Source: Eledone cirrhosa (taxonomy: Eukaryota). Taken from it: a stretch of 64,000 nucleotides of DNA. Positions within the stretch are counted from its first letter, which is position 1, and every line of letters starts with the position of its first letter. Shown here piece after piece: positions 1 to 15,204 of this stretch. The notes under the pieces are model-generated. The model saw only the letters and a program-made list of their open reading frames with translations. It was not told the origin of the DNA and searched no databases. The position numbers were made by a program, and so were the translations under genes. The stretch is from positions 383,594,001-383,658,000 of the forward strand of contig OZ024741.1 in NCBI GenBank assembly GCA_964016885.1, given 5' to 3'.

Positions 1-216
1 ATGTGTGTGTTGGCGCGTGTGTGAGTTTGTGTGTGTGTGTATGCATGACACGCCCATATAAAAAAATAATGCATGTGTGTCCATGTGTGTTTAGATGTGA
101 GTGTGTGAGAAGGATGGCCAGGAATGTTTTCCAAATTATATGTAAAAAACAATGAATGTGCAAACTGTGGGCGTTTGTCTCAAATTATATATATAAATGT
201 ATGTGGGAGGGATCTG

Positions 217-274
<58 letters not shown>

Positions 275-884
275 TTTCTTCGTTTTTCGCTCATTAATAT
301 TGTTTTCCTTGTTTTTATTATTATTTTTACGTAAACGCTCGCCTTCATGTTTAACTTTCGTTTGCAAAGTCACCTTCCCCCGAGACCCTTGAAGCAAATA
401 GAAAAACATGTCAGAATTTGTTTTTTCGCTCTAGCATAGCGGATATGTAAATGTATCTATGAGTTTTAAATCGAATGATAATAATATTCGATTAGTTTGC
501 AACCAAACAGCCTCATTACGTTATGTTCTAGCGGTAACACTGAGTAACAATCGACAATATTGTTTTGGGGTTGTCGCCTATTGTCAAGTTTATGTATGTC
601 TTTTCTGTCACTCACTTTGAGTGGTGGCGTGATAGCGATGCTGAGACAGGGCACAACAGGACTATATAGACAAGTTCAGGTCAATAACTCTGCTAAACGT
701 AGCGTTTAACATGTTGGTCAAGATGTTAGCGACGAGTTTGGCACTTGTAATCGGTAGTCTGGTAGGGGAGGTGCAATCATGCGCCATTCCGGACAGATCC
801 TTCCAGGACAACCACCTCAACAACATCATCAAAAACAAGAGCACACTTGCTGCTGTTTTTTCTTTTTTTTTCTTTTTTTCTTTC

Positions 885-1540
885 TTACCGCAGGCGCCTG
901 AGGCTTACCCTCAGTAGCGTTAGACTGGCGTGTGGGAGAAGCACGAGTTCAGCCATGCTGGAGCCGAGTTGGTGGTGATAACAATCCACCATCAAGGCCG
1001 GACATCTCATCCAAAGATGTTCAGAGGATTCTTCTTCCTCTCCGTACAGACGGCATGTGTTGATTTCCGCTTGGCCGATCATATGGAGCCATCTCCTTAA
1101 TGACGTGTGATGTCCACTGTGGAAGCGGACGAGATGGTTCCTATCTGCTTTGGAGAGAGTTTTCTCACTCTCTTCATTTGGGTGGGGGCTAAAGACTGAT
1201 TGTAGGCGTTGATGCTGAATCGGTGGTGGGCGAAATTTCCGGCGAATGACGGCGCGTCGGGTGGCGGCATCGATTGAACTTTCCAGTTGAGTAGATGCTG
1301 AGCATTGTTTCGCCTGGGTGTTCGCCAGTTCATTCCCTTTGATGTTACAGTGCCCCGAGACCCAGACAGCTGCTAAGGTTCTCCCCTTTGTGATTTTGTT
1401 AGCGATCCCTTGCAGTTTGGTAAAGAAAGGGTCATGGGGGAAGGGGTTGTTGACTGCTTGAACCAGCGACTTGCAGCCACAGATGATGACATTGGAGGAC
1501 TCCCAGCTGGTGTCTGCCTGTAACCATAGGAGGGCTTGTT
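885..1540 (-). mobile_element. Decayed 3' fragment of an I-group LINE ORF2 (RNase H plus C-terminal CCHC knuckle)
   Basis: Minus-strand translation near 1330-1530 gives CKSLVQAV...VWVSGHCNIKGNELA (RNase H motif). ORF 885-1082 has CRLYGEEEESSEHLWMRCP, a degenerate CCHC knuckle. Confidence 0.75.
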
Positions 1541-2101
1541 TGAATGTAATTCTTTCAGACTGAAAGGAACTGCTACGAGCGCCCGTTGGAGCGTGCCACT
1601 CGTGAGACTACCTCTTCATTTGCTGCGGCAACTACAAAAAGGAAATATTTTGCATGGACTTGATAGACGACAAAGAACAACGTTTGTCCCGGGCATGGAA
1701 ACTTATCAAACGAGAGAAAACCTGGTCCAACCTAAGCGTCCCGCTTAAAACAATGGAGGCAGTGCAGCGAAGGACAATAGTATATAAATACCTTTCAGTG
1801 CAGGCATGCAAAGCGAATAGCCCCCACAAGGTGAGGTGGAGGCGGCACTGAAATGTATCCGACAAGACATCGAATATATAGAAAGTGGCAAACATTTCAG
1901 CACCATCTCGGTGCTGATTGAATCCTAGGCAACTAGCAATAAATCCCTCAGTGTCTACTTGTAGGATGGACCAGGTATATATATATAAGATACAGAGCTT
2001 AACGTTGCTTTGAAAATTAGATAGTGAAATAATATATATATATATATATATATATAGTGACGAAACATAAGTCAATTGCATGAACTCATAATCCTTTATT
2101 T

Positions 2102-2157
2102 ACTGCTATATATATTTTGATGATAGCCATTGAATGGCTATGACCTCATCAGGCAGT
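2102..2157 (-). ncRNA. Degenerate minimal hammerhead ribozyme (GAAA mutated to AAAA)
   Basis: Minus strand: actgc CTGATGA ggtc-atagcca-ttcaa-tggctat-catc AAAA tatata TA gcagt. Stems I and II pair; stem III is palindromic. Confidence 0.65.
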
Positions 2158-2465
2158 TAGTCAGTTCTTAGATATGCCAGCTCTGTGTTTATAATGTTGA
2201 TGGTATCAGAGCCTTGGGACATATGAGCTTGTTAGGAATAATTTAATGTTGTCAGCAGGAATAGTCTTAATTCTCATTGGTCAGTGTGTAGATACTAGTA
2301 GGGTTGGTATTTGACCTCAAAGAGGCAGCTGGTGTTGTAAAGTTCAAACCGTCAGGCAAGATGACAATAGTTCCATATGACTGATTTTCACAAAAAGCAT
2401 TCCTGGTCAGATATATATTCAATTGAGGTTTATAGTATGAAATAGATACTACAGGTCATTCTTAA

Positions 2466-2752
2466 ATTAAGGAATTTATGTGGAGTGGTGCTCCTGAAAT
2501 GTATGGTTAGAGTAGAAAATTTACAAATAAAAGGACTTATGTAGGTTGGCTTGCACATACACTGACACCCACCTCCACAGACACACACACATATCCACAC
2601 ATACACATTGAGGAATTAATGTGGGGTGGTAATACTTATAATAATGTTTAGAATCAAATACTTAGATAGTTTAGAAAATTAAAGGCTTATGTTGGTTGAC
2701 TTGTACATACACTCACACCTACCCCCTCAGACACACACACATCTACACACAC
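2466..2752. repeat. Diverged tandem duplication of about 140 bp inside a probable PLE 3' UTR
   Basis: aggaatt(t/a)atgtgg(a/g)gtggt...gcttg(c/t)acatacact-like blocks recur with a period of about 141. Confidence 0.6.
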
Positions 2753-3372
2753 AAATCCATACAGATATGTATATATATATATGTACGCACAAGTGAATAT
2801 ATATATACAACAGAGGCCCCCATATCCAAGTATAAGCAGACATAAAACTAGGTGGGTGTTATTTTTAAAGAAAAGTAAAGTTGGTGTTTGGAAAAGTTAT
2901 TGTTTAGACAAGTCAAAGGTAGAGTGTGATATATATCTTCACAGCAATAGCTTGGGGCTTTGGAGCTTAGGCGAATCCCTTAGTACGGACATATATACCC
3001 ACCCACACTTTTATACTTCTGGATGCGCGTGTATGTCTATATACACATGAGCACTTATACAAGAGAGTATATATACAAATATACGCTTAAGCATACATTC
3101 GAACATTTATCAATACAACCTGGATTAGTACTACGTTGCGTTCACATGAGTGTGTACATTCACGCAGTCCCAGTATACACACACAATGCACGGTTGCGGG
3201 CACTCATTCATGCGTATAGGGTTAGAACCTTCGGATAATTGTTCTTCCTGCGTGGGCCGCTCACGGGGGGGGGGGGGGTCCTCAGATTCAATGAAACGTG
3301 GTTTTGATGACTCCTAAACAGTAGAGGATCCGGTGGACCATCCAATATATATATATATTCATATATATATAT

Positions 3373-3457
3373 AGTAATAATAATAAATTTGAAGACTAAA
3401 ATCCAAAGAGGGCTCGATAAGGATAAATATATATCAAATATATAAGAACCGTAGAGC

Positions 3458-3460
<3 letters not shown>
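3373..3460 (-). mobile_element. Solo PLE tail between (TA)n tracts
   Basis: Nearly identical to 40186-40271, the terminus of the Naiad-like element at 40187-41866. Confidence 0.8.
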
Positions 3461-3520
<60 letters not shown>

Positions 3521-4160
3521 TATATATATGTATATGTGTGTGTGTGTGTGTGTGTGTGCGTGTGTGTGTGTGTAACCGAAAGTGCATCAAGGTGTATAAA
3601 TGTATACACATATCTAATATGTAGGCATGTAAACATGTAAACATGTAAATTGAAAAACAACTTTAATCGATTTTTGGATTGGAATCGCATCTGAAGATGT
3701 GTATACCATACATTAAACCAAAAGGAAACATGTTTATGATGGATATATATATATACCCATTTGCTCTTAGAAATATTCTGTAATGTTTGCACTAATTTGC
3801 ACACAATTAGCGCTCGTGTTGGTAATTAGTTAACAAGTGCACATTATGGTATCAGGAATATTTTCCTGGATCACAATGAGCCCATTTCAATATAGCAGCG
3901 AAATGGTGATATAAGAACATATATTATGGAGTAATTAAGAAAATTGAAAGCTAAGATTATGATTAAACAGACCACAATGGTTTCGACCTATCGATACAGT
4001 TCGTTGCAGTCATAACAGCAGTGCATATTTATAATTAATTATAAAATTAATACCGGATTCGCTAAATATCATCAAGGGATTATCCAAATTTTCACTTCAG
4101 GAAAAATTCTTCGGGTGTTTCTCAGACACCTCTACCAATAGTTGGTAGTTGCAGTGTGTT

Positions 4161-4260
<100 letters not shown>

Positions 4261-4501
4261 CGAGGAAATCGTTAGTAACCTTATATAGCAGGCCGCTGAG
4301 AACTTATCGCTTTGCTGGAGATGCTCAGGGGAGATAAGGAAAGGGATATTTCCTCACGGCTTCAAAAAACATGACTTAAATATGCAACGGCTAATGTCAT
4401 TTGAGTAGAATTGTTCATATTTCATCGAAATATCCCACTGTGAGGCCTTGTTGATGCCCTGAAATAGCACAGATCGTGTAATCACGGCCACCGTGTAATC
4501 A

Positions 4502-4784
4502 AAGCTCGCTGTCTCTGGTCAAATGGCAGATTCTAAAGAATCAATCACGTGACACTGAGGCTAGTCGGTAGGAGTGGGATGGTAAGATGACAGAAGCCTA
4601 CTACCACACCAATAAATTAGTAGTGGTTTTGGCAGGTTTACTCAACAAATAAATAATTTGGAGATAAATATAGAGAATTTAGTATATCTACTAACATATG
4701 TTACCATCCCACTCCTACCGACTAGCCTCAGTGTCACGTGATTGATTCTTTAGAATCTGCCATTTGACCAGAGACAGCGAGCTT
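4502..4784. repeat. Inverted repeat with arms of about 84 bp (4502-4585 / 4701-4784)
   Basis: aagctcgctgtctctggtc...gggatggtaa is the reverse complement of ttaccatccc...gagacagcgagctt. Confidence 0.9.
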
Positions 4785-4894
4785 TTCAGTGCATGGAATC
4801 CAGTCCCCGCTAGCTGTTCCATCTACCGAATTATTATTATTTTTATATGGGTCCCCAGTGTCCGCGCATTGCCTGGAGACTTAGCTGAGAATAG

Positions 4895-4976
4895 ACTCCC
4901 TGATGACACAATGAATTCTCGACGGTTATATTACGTAACTGTCTTTATCCCATTGCAGAAACTAATTAGTTGGAGT
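4895..4976 (+). ncRNA. Type-I hammerhead ribozyme, intact core
   Basis: actcc CTGATGA [long stem II containing caatg/cattg and gacggttat/gtaactgtc] GAAA ctaattag TT ggagt. Palindromic stem III ACTAATTAGT; about 65 nt upstream of a (TA)n tract. Confidence 0.8.
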
Positions 4977-5037
4977 GAAAATTTTAGTAAGTAAGTTAAT
5001 TTTTTTAATTCTTTTTAAAATTTTCTTATTTTACGTC

Positions 5038-5123
<86 letters not shown>

Positions 5124-5679
5124 GTGTGTGTACATATATATAAATATATATATATATGTACATGTGTGTGTGTGCGTGTGTTTCGGAAAGTGATATAAAT
5201 TATTTATAGTGAGTGTGTACTGTTATTATTTCTGGTTATATTATTACAACAATATGACCCTCCACAAGTATAACAATATATATATATATATATATATGAA
5301 AACATGGAGAAAAAGACGATTATTAGGAAGAACATTTTTTTTTTCCCTTTTTATTTATTTCTCTCTTTTTTCTGGGTTAGAATATGATTAAAACGAAATA
5401 GTTTACTTTGTGTGAAGTGGTAAGGTATTAGTTGATTTATTTATTAATTAACAATGGCATTTATTTATTTATATATTTAATAATTGTCTATTACCGGTTT
5501 CAGCATTTTTATGCATTATCAAATGATAATAATATGTATTGGTGTAGAATGGTGGTGTTGGACATGTTAAAGAAATAGTGCAGTAAGAATGTTTTTTACA
5601 AACAGGGTTTATGAAGTGAAAAGAAAAAAGAAAAAAATGGGGCGTAATGTGGAGCATAATAAGTCAATAGATTAGGTTT

Positions 5680-6425
5680 TCAGATGCACACGTAAAGTTG
5701 TTTAACTGTGAAATGTTGTCCTTGTTTAAAATTGAATGTTGAACATTCAATTAGATTTATGCATATGCCACAGTTGGGCCTTCCGCATTTTGTTACTGTA
5801 GGGTTCATTGTGAGGGTTTGTTGGATTTTGGCTTGTGTGAGGATGTTTTTTATGGATTTAGGTTGTCTTTTACTCTTTATGATGTTGTGTTTTGGGGGGA
5901 TTTTTTTCATTCTTGGGTCTCTTTTTAGTAAAGGAATGTTCTGGGGTATGGTGTCAAATGCCTCATTGTTGAGGGGGTTGTGCGTGGAGATGTATGGTAG
6001 AGTTTTCTGTTGCGGTTCATTCTTGGGTTTGGGGTGTCTAAGTTCCTGGATGTCGACTTTTAGGGCACGTTGAAATCCATTGTTGATTAGGGATGGTGGG
6101 TAGTTTCTGCTGATAAGTGTGTTTTTTAATTCTTCTAGTCGTGTGTAGCATGTGTATTTATCTGAAACTATTGTGCAGATCCTTCTGGCTAGGTTATAAG
6201 GAATTGCCATTTTGGTGTGTCTAGGGTGGCACGAGTTGAATGGAGGGTATTGTTTGGAGTCTGCGGGTTTGTAGTATATGTATGTTTCTATTTTGTTGCT
6301 TGTTTTCTTGATGAGGATGTCGAGGAAAGGGAGTTGTTCATGGCTGTAATCCATTGTGAATTGTAAGTTTGTGTTGAGTCCATTCAGAAGGGTTTTAAAC
6401 TCAATCAGTCTATCTATACTTTCAT
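5680..6425 (-). mobile_element. Neptune-like PLE fragment (RT thumb and Cys linker)
   Basis: LPFLDILI...YYKPADSKQY..FNSCHPRH...IPYNLARRICTIVS and KCGRPNCGIC; paralogous to 20140-21157. Confidence 0.88.
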
Positions 6426-6483
6426 GGCAGATATAAATATATATATATATATATATATGTGGGGGGGTGCATATGTATATATG

Positions 6484-6523
<40 letters not shown>

Positions 6524-6983
6524 AAGAGAGTGAGAGAATGGAGAGAAAAGGAGAGTCAGACAGACAGAGCTAGAGTGATGCTAAATGCCCTGAAGCATAC
6601 ATAGGCCAGTCCTTTTTCTATTTCTATAATGTATGAAAAGTTCAAATGACTCACCTAATGTATATGACAGTCCATTAGATACGATGGCCCCAGCGATTGA
6701 AATGTGTTATAATCGAAACAGAAGTGAAGCTGCCAACAGACAATACGTTCTCACCACTTTGGTTTTTTTATTTCACTATTTTATCCATCGGATATTTTAA
6801 TCTCTATTATATATATGAGAGTATGTATGCATGAGTGAGTGCATGCGTGAGTGCATGAGTGAGTGCATGCGTCTGTAGACGTGCGCTTTTGCATGAATTT
6901 GTATTTACAAAATATTAGTCGATTAACAGAGAAGGGAAACCGACTGTTAGATCGCATTCTCTCTCCCTATATTTCAGTATACC

Positions 6984-7102
<119 letters not shown>

Positions 7103-8756
7103 ATGTGAAGCATGCTGTAAATATGTATTCTTGCATTTTCTATGTATCCATCAAAATACTGCTGATTAAAATTCGTAGTTGTCAGAAGTATAACTCGGCC
7201 TCTCGATAAATATAGATCGATAATATAAGTGTTGTACTTAAATAGGTATTGCCCTAGGTAAGATCGATAAAAACATTCGAATATTGTGTTCCAGTATGAT
7301 CGCAAAATACTAAATACTGAAATCAGTAAAAGATAAATAAAATATGAGAATATATGCAAACTATGTGCAAGAAATCATCATAAACTACTGCCTGTTCAAA
7401 GGACTGAAAGCTTCCATCGACAACAATTGTAATGCGTGTGAAATCAAAACTAAAGCCATTAGCCACGTCATCCAGAGAGAATGTCCTCGAGACACTAACT
7501 CTCCATAAAGCAGAACTTCCCAACCAATGACTCATGGTATAATTTTGAAAAGGTTGCGAATACAAAATCTTTTACTTTTGAAATATTTGAAATGTAAAAG
7601 TGTTCATTATGCAATATGCCGCAGGACGTAAGGGCTACAAATCACCATTTATTGCAAACATAAACTAAGCAATACTTCCGAAGAAAAGTATTAAATATTA
7701 AGTGCTCCACATCGGAATGTATTGAAAAATGGGTCAAGGAGGATTATTAGTTTGCCAAAGGAAACCATGATGGAAAAATGTTTTCAACCACTGCAATAAA
7801 GCACGACTTAGTACCCAGAACAGTTGATATTGTTGCTCTTAGGGTTGTTGCTGTTATTGATGTTATCACTGCTGCTCTTGTTCTTGTTATAGTGTCTTTG
7901 ATTTTACTGTAGTTGCTGTTGTATTGATATAATTGCCACTACACTTGTTGCTGCTGATATTGTTGATGCTGTTGTTATTGTCGTTAGAGTTACCGTTGTT
8001 ACTTTTGTTGTTGGTGGTGGTGGTGGTGTTGCTGCTTTTGTCGTTCATATGTGTGTATGTGCTTTTGTTATGTTCATGATTTCAGTTGCTTTTAGCTAAC
8101 TTCATTCTAGAAAGAGAAAAAGAAGTACAAGTGGGGACGGAAGATTTCCTCTTTTTGTTTTCATTTTTTATTTTGCTTTCGGAATATTTCATTTTCTTTC
8201 GGGTTTTTTTAGATATTCTTGTACCAGACATTACAAAAATATCTCAGTTATTCTTCTTTTGTGGAAACCCCTTCTCTTACCTTTCTCTCCCTCTCTCCTC
8301 ATCTTATTTCTTTCCTCCTTGTATGCCGCTCTCAACCTTCCTTTTCTTCTTTTTGACTCCCACCTCACACTTTGTGTGCGTGTGTGTGTATGTTTCCCCT
8401 TGTTTCCTCATTACCTCTCACGACTAGACTTCACTTTTTCCTGCTGTATATGTAGAAGTATTTTATATTTTTGTTTTATATTCGTTGTTTTCTCTCTTTG
8501 TCTAACTCTCTCCCTACCAGGTCATCTCTTAAATCTGCTCCCCCTCTCTCTCTTCGTCACTCTTCGTCACTTTCCTCTTCTCTTCCTCACTTTCCCTCGC
8601 GCCTTCTCTTCAAACTGTTTACTCATATTCAATAACCAACTTGTTAGCAATATCTCTCTAATTACACTACCTCTTCATTTCTATTCCTTTTTCTCTCTTA
8701 CTGCCTATCCCTATATCTTCTCATACTACACATATACCCCCATCTTATTTTGTCCT

Positions 8757-8789
8757 ACGCTTCATCATCATCAAGATCGTGATTTGTAA

Positions 8790-8836
<47 letters not shown>

Positions 8837-9005
8837 ACAACACCACTACCACCACCACTACCACCACCTGCACCATCATTACCACCATCATTATCATCAC
8901 CATCATCGTCATCACCACCATCATCATTACCATCATAATCACCATCCTCCTCATCACCCTCATCGTCATCACCACCATCATCATCATCACCATCACCATC
9001 ATCCT
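8757..9005. repeat. (CAT/CAC)n trinucleotide microsatellite
   Basis: Direct reading of the sequence. Confidence 0.95.
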
Positions 9006-9768
9006 CTCTTATCGTCATTGCTTACTCATGTTATGTTTAATTTCTACGAAGTTTATTTAAGACCCAATCACGTAGGAGGCAAGTATATTCTGCACAGACT
9101 GGGGTGTAGAGTCTGTTGCTCCACAATATCTTTCCTTCCTTTCGTTTTTTTAATTTCTTCTTTTATTTTATTTCTTTCCTTTTTCTTCTATTCTTCATTT
9201 TCTTATTGTTTCACAACTTTTATCTGAAAATAAAAAAAAATTTCAGTTTACGCGTTAATTGTGGAAAGAGCCACTAATGCACGTTAAGCTGGGTACACGG
9301 TGCAACAGGTTTCAATCTATGTAGATATGTAGTGGCCAATGATAACAGCATGAACCAGTCGATGAAAGATTTGTCAGCACCCACATTCTGCAACCACATT
9401 AACGTTATCTTCAGAAAATTTGTATGAATCTTATTCTATGTGTGTAAAGTCTGGGTGTATGTCGATGTATGCATCCTATTTGAGTGTGTATTTACATGTA
9501 TGTGCAGGTATGTGTGTGTGCGCGTGTGTATGTGCATGTATGCGTGTTGTGTGGCGTCAATTTAATGGTAATGACTAATAAGACATTACTAAAGAAATAT
9601 AAAACAAACAAAACTTATTTAAAACACCGACGCCATTATGTATGGGGCGTTACAATATTGTTTCACTGTATATGTGCATATGCACGTGTATCAATTTATA
9701 TTTACACACATAAAGACGCATATACACACACACACACTTATATATATATATATATATATATATATCCA

Positions 9769-9830
<62 letters not shown>

Positions 9831-9883
9831 TTATATATATATAGATATATGTATATATCATATATATAGAGAGAGACGTAGTT

Positions 9884-9921
<38 letters not shown>

Positions 9922-10439
9922 AATGTCTATTCATAGTGATACTTATATGAGTATATACATAAATATTAAGCGCATGTATCTTTCTTATTCACTCTCTCTC
10001 TCCCTCTCTCCCTCTCTCTCTCTATTTCTCTTTGTACATATATAAATGTATGTTATGCGTGAGCATGCATATGTCTGTGCAATATATGCACAAGCATGCA
10101 TGTACGAATATGTGTGTATACGTATACGTATGTTAACACGTGTGCATGTACATTGAATAGAACTACCAGTGAATAAATATTTACACAATTTGCAGCACGC
10201 GTGTCTTATGAAGTTTTTTGAGTTCCACGATTTTTTTTATTGATTTTTATATTGTTTTGTTTTTCTTGCTATATTTTTGTTATTTATATTTATTTATATT
10301 TGATTATTCATTTATTCTTCATCAAATAAAACAGGTTCGGGCGTTGGTTGTGACTGAATCTAATAATGCTTGCTACTACTCCACTCTGAGGTATTGTTGT
10401 TAAATATACAGCAAAATAACAAAACAAAAGGGAATGAAA

Positions 10440-10552
<113 letters not shown>

Positions 10553-11078
10553 TAAAATGATATGAAATAATATGAAAATAAAAAGGAAATTTACAATGGT
10601 GAAAGAAGAAAATTGGAGAGAGAAAAAATAAAAAATAAAAACAATAGAAAAATATAAGAAAACTTTGTAGAATCAATCAATATTCGAAGACACCGCAAAG
10701 TCTTGCAGTCATTTCCAAATACTGCCGAAGGCCATATTGCAAACACGTTGATACTTTCCTTTTCGCAAATATTACTTCTACGTCATTAGATCTCGGCTCA
10801 TTTTATGATCGGTACCAACATTTCTTCCATCTTCCATGAAAATAAATCTTGTTGTTTCTCTCATTTACCTATTTATTTATTAATTTACTTATTTATTTAT
10901 TTAATCATTCACGGTATTATTTTTTTTTTAGTTTTTCTGTTAACACAGTAGTCTAATTAGCAAATGTGCGGATGTGTCAATACATATATGTGATTTGATG
11001 AATGCATGTGTACGTGCATATATGTATATATTTATATATATATGTATGTGCGTGTGTTTGTAAGTGCATAAATGTATG

Positions 11079-11120
<42 letters not shown>

Positions 11121-11146
11121 TGTGTACGCGCGTATATGTATGTATT

Positions 11147-11242
<96 letters not shown>

Positions 11243-12593
11243 AGTTTGTACGTCTATAGGCACGTCTATAAGCACATGTATGTTGTTTATTAGTGTAGTG
11301 AGTCAGTGTGAGTGTTTTGTATGAGTTTGAGGTTTAATTTAAGTACAGGGATATGTATGGATATACGTGGTTGTAAATGTATTTCTAGGGATATATACTA
11401 TCATTACAGTACGCCACACACACACACACACATATGTATATACTTATAGTCGCACTAACAAAGAGACTCGCTATCACACATATGCCCATAATATTATGTA
11501 TGTATATTTGTCATAAATCTACCACTATAGACTCATTCCTCTACAAAAATACACACCTGTTGTGTAGATATAGACTTGGTAATTTTCAGTACTAGTGTGC
11601 ACAATTGAATGAGTGTATGTATAGCTTGTGTATAAAAAAATATAATATATGAGGTGTTCTCCATCAGTTTCAACGTTGAGCATTCGAATGTTCGAGCGAC
11701 CGGCCGTCTAACTATTGAATTAAAGTGTGATTAGTCATTCCACAGACACGAGGAACTTTAATTGTAATTCTCTAGCTGAATCTGTATGATACATTATGTG
11801 AAAAGAATGACTTTCAGGCAATTTCTGTCTAATTATTCGTTCACAAAGCTTAGTTTTCACTCAAGGGTAGAATATGGAAATGTATCCAGGATACCATACA
11901 GTGGGATTTAACCCAAAAGTGAATTTCTTAATCACAGAACCATGCCTGGTTAAATTGTGTAACATGTGCATATAATGAGAGGTCAAATATGTGTGTGTAT
12001 ATAGATAGACATGGTATATATACTTTTTCTAGCGCTTAGTCGAGAGGAAAAACAATGCCTATGACCTGTTGACTCTTTCAGAGTTTCCGAAACTTATGGG
12101 AATGAGGGAGGACGGTATTTTCAGAAAGACACTTGACCCGAATGTTTGTAACTAACCCAGGTGTTGGTATTAAGTCGGGTGTCAGATTAATACTTTCTTT
12201 ATCATATCTGTAATAAAATACCCAGCCTATAACTGTGAAAATAAGCAACAAATATGGAGGGATTTACTACTACTATAACTAAATTTGACATGATTATGCA
12301 GGTGTTTGAAAAACAAGAAAACAAATGTTCTCACATAAAATTATATTTTTATGTGCGTTGTCATAAAAAAATGTTAAGCCTACCATCTGTATAGAAAGAC
12401 ATTGTATAAGTATATGTATAGAGAGACATCATTGAATGTGTATGCATAGAATCATAGAATCATAGATGCTTAGTGTTATTGATGCCTAGTGTAATGTGTA
12501 CAGAAAAGTAATCAATAAATGTGTTTATAGAGAGGTATTGGATATGTATGTATATTCATAGAAATTCTATAAGTGTGTATAGAGTCACTTTGA

Positions 12594-12678
<85 letters not shown>

Positions 12679-12859
12679 CATAGATACAGGGACATTGTCC
12701 AATTATGTGTTTAGATTTGCGTTGTGTAAATAAGTGTATAGAACCATTTGGAAAAGGGTTCCTATTTCAACACCCAATTTAGTTACGTGTCAATACAAAA
12801 AAGTTTGGTCTTTGAAAGTTTATTTTGGAAAATGTAGTCCAGTGTTGACTTACCGCCAA

Positions 12860-13290
12860 CACCATCGTCCCTATCATCACCATCACCACCATTACCATCT
12901 TTATCACCCTCACAACAATCCCTGTTATCACCAATATTACCATCGCTATTACCACCACCACCATTACACCTAACATATTTATTACCATAACAACAACAAT
13001 CGCTATCAACACCACCACCACCACCACTACTACCACTACCATCCCTATCACCAACATTACAACCATTCCTATTATCACCACAACTAAAATTCCTATCACC
13101 ACCACCATTACCTTCAACATCACTACCATCACCACCACTACCATCCCTATCACCATCACCCCGATCATCCTATCACCACCATCACCACTACCATCTATAT
13201 CAGCTCCACCACTAATAATGTCACTTTCATCAACATTATCACTACTATCGACATCCCTACTGTTACTGGCATCATGACAGTTACTATCAC
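12860..13290. repeat. Degenerate (CAC/CAT/TAC)n low-complexity tract
   Basis: Direct reading of the sequence. Confidence 0.85.
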
Positions 13291-13520
13291 ATCAGCAACA
13301 CAATATCCACCAGAATTATCAGAACCGCAAGACATATCGCTCTTTTCATCGGTTTCCTTGTATTCATTTATATACATTTATATACATTCATATACACGCA
13401 TACACACTCACACGCACATACGTACACACACGTCTGAATCGGACATTTTTCTGGGTTGAGAGCTGATGAGGGCGACGATGTGTGTGTATAAACGTCTGTT
13501 GTACATCACCTTTCATTATT

Positions 13521-13709
13521 GGTGGATTGGCAGTATCGGTAGAGGGTCGGACACCATGCTTTCCAGCACAGTTACGTCCCTTTACGAACTGAGTTCAAAT
13601 CCCGCCGAGGTTAACTTTGCCTTTCATCTTTACGGGGTCGATAAAATAAAGTACCAGTAATACACCGGAATAATTGCTGGCCTTGTGCCAAAAAGTAGAA
13701 ACAATTATT
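13521..13709 (+). mobile_element. SINE family A (tRNA-like head, ggggtcgataaaataaagtaccagt core)
   Basis: B-box-like gagttcaaatccc; 8 dispersed copies in the window; ends in agaaacaattatt. Confidence 0.85.
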
Positions 13710-13825
13710 GCCTTCTTTCATTCCAACATACTTCTCCTTGTCCTTCTCTTTCAATCATTTCTATATTTCCTCTGCCTGTCACTCACCTTGTGGATTGTCT
13801 CTCTGTTGACCACTGGTCGCGGATC

Positions 13826-15111
13826 TCATTCCCGGACTAGTTATGTTTAAAAACAATCTAATATATTTACCTTCGAAATTGGCACCTTGTGCAGCAATAA
13901 ACCGGTCCCAGAGCTCCTATCATTTTTGGAAGCCGGCGTGGAAGACATTTTACGAAAGCGAGTCGAGGACATTCTGCAATTCACTTTAGAGCTCGGCAAC
14001 GGTCTTAAAACAGTCGCCTTTGAGCTGCATTTTCCGCTTGGAGAAAAGATGAAACACCGCAAGTGTTAAATCTAGCGTATAGGGTGCGTGCGGAAGAGAT
14101 ACAATGTTGTTGTTGGCGAAAAAGTTACGAGTGGGGAGAGCTCGGTTACAGGAAGCATTGTCGTCATGTAGAATCCAATTCATCGTATTTCACAGATCCG
14201 GTCGCTTTCGTCGAATGTTCTCCCTGAAACGCCTCAAAACGTTGCAGTAGAACTCTCGATTGATGGTCTGACCCTGGGGGTAAGAATTCTTGATGCACAA
14301 TACCGAGGATGTCGAGTAAAATACGATGAACATGCTCTTGGTTGAGCCGCGGCTCTGTCGTGCCTTCTTCGGTCTTGTAGATGAAAAGCTTTTCCCCTGA
14401 CTCGACTGCTGCTTCATCTTTGGGTCGAACCAGTAGATCCAAGCCCCGTCAGTGGAGCTGATCCTCGACAAGAAGATGTGTCATCAGCGGGATACTGACG
14501 GAGATCTTGACAGTCTTCGACGTGATGTACTTTCTTCTCAGTGATCAGTATGAGATGAACAAACTTGGCAGTGACACGCCGCATGTTTCATTCATACGTT
14601 AGGTTTGCCTGCATGGGTCCATGCCGCAGACCAACAACATCAGCAATATCATTGATTGTCCGTCAATGACCCTCATGCATAAGTTGATTAATTTTCTTCA
14701 CATTTCCTGTGACGATGCTCGTGGCAGGTCTTCCAGATCATCAACTTCTAGGAAAGTTATTTCGCTTTTGAAGTGCCCGTGCCACTCAAAACATTGCGTA
14801 CAGCCCATTGCCTCAACGCCGTAAGCTTGCCGAAGCATGCTCAATGGCTCTGTAGCAGACTTCCTAAGTTCAATGCAAAATTTCACGTTGCTTCTTTTCT
14901 CCAACTTCCTGTTCCTGACAAAATCGCAGACTGCTGCAGACACATGATAACAAAAACCCAAATTATACAAGTTCCTAAGTGAACACAGCGATGTCATTCA
15001 GTACACTGGCGCATGAAGGTCACTGCTAGCTTTATTTGTGCGCCAACCGTGTTTTGTCATCTGTTGGCGCGCTACAGAACTAGTCCGGAAACCTTTTCAT
15101 ACCACCTCATA
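13826..15111 (-). mobile_element. Decayed mariner (Tc1/mariner) transposon
   Basis: NVKFCIELRKSATE..MLRQAYG, WIYWFDPKMKQQS, WILHDDNA and PHAPYTLDL motifs; TIR remnants ccggactag (left) and ctagtccggaaacc...cacctcata (right). Confidence 0.92.
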
Positions 15112-15120
15112 AATTAATAA

Positions 15121-15197
<77 letters not shown>

Positions 15198-15204
<7 letters not shown>

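Noticed and set aside
1536-1975. Short ORFs adjoining the I-group LINE
   Set aside because: Probably another TE remnant, but no diagnostic motif could be identified.
7323-7565. 80-aa minus-strand ORF as a host exon
   Set aside because: No recognisable motif and no convincing splice-site pair.
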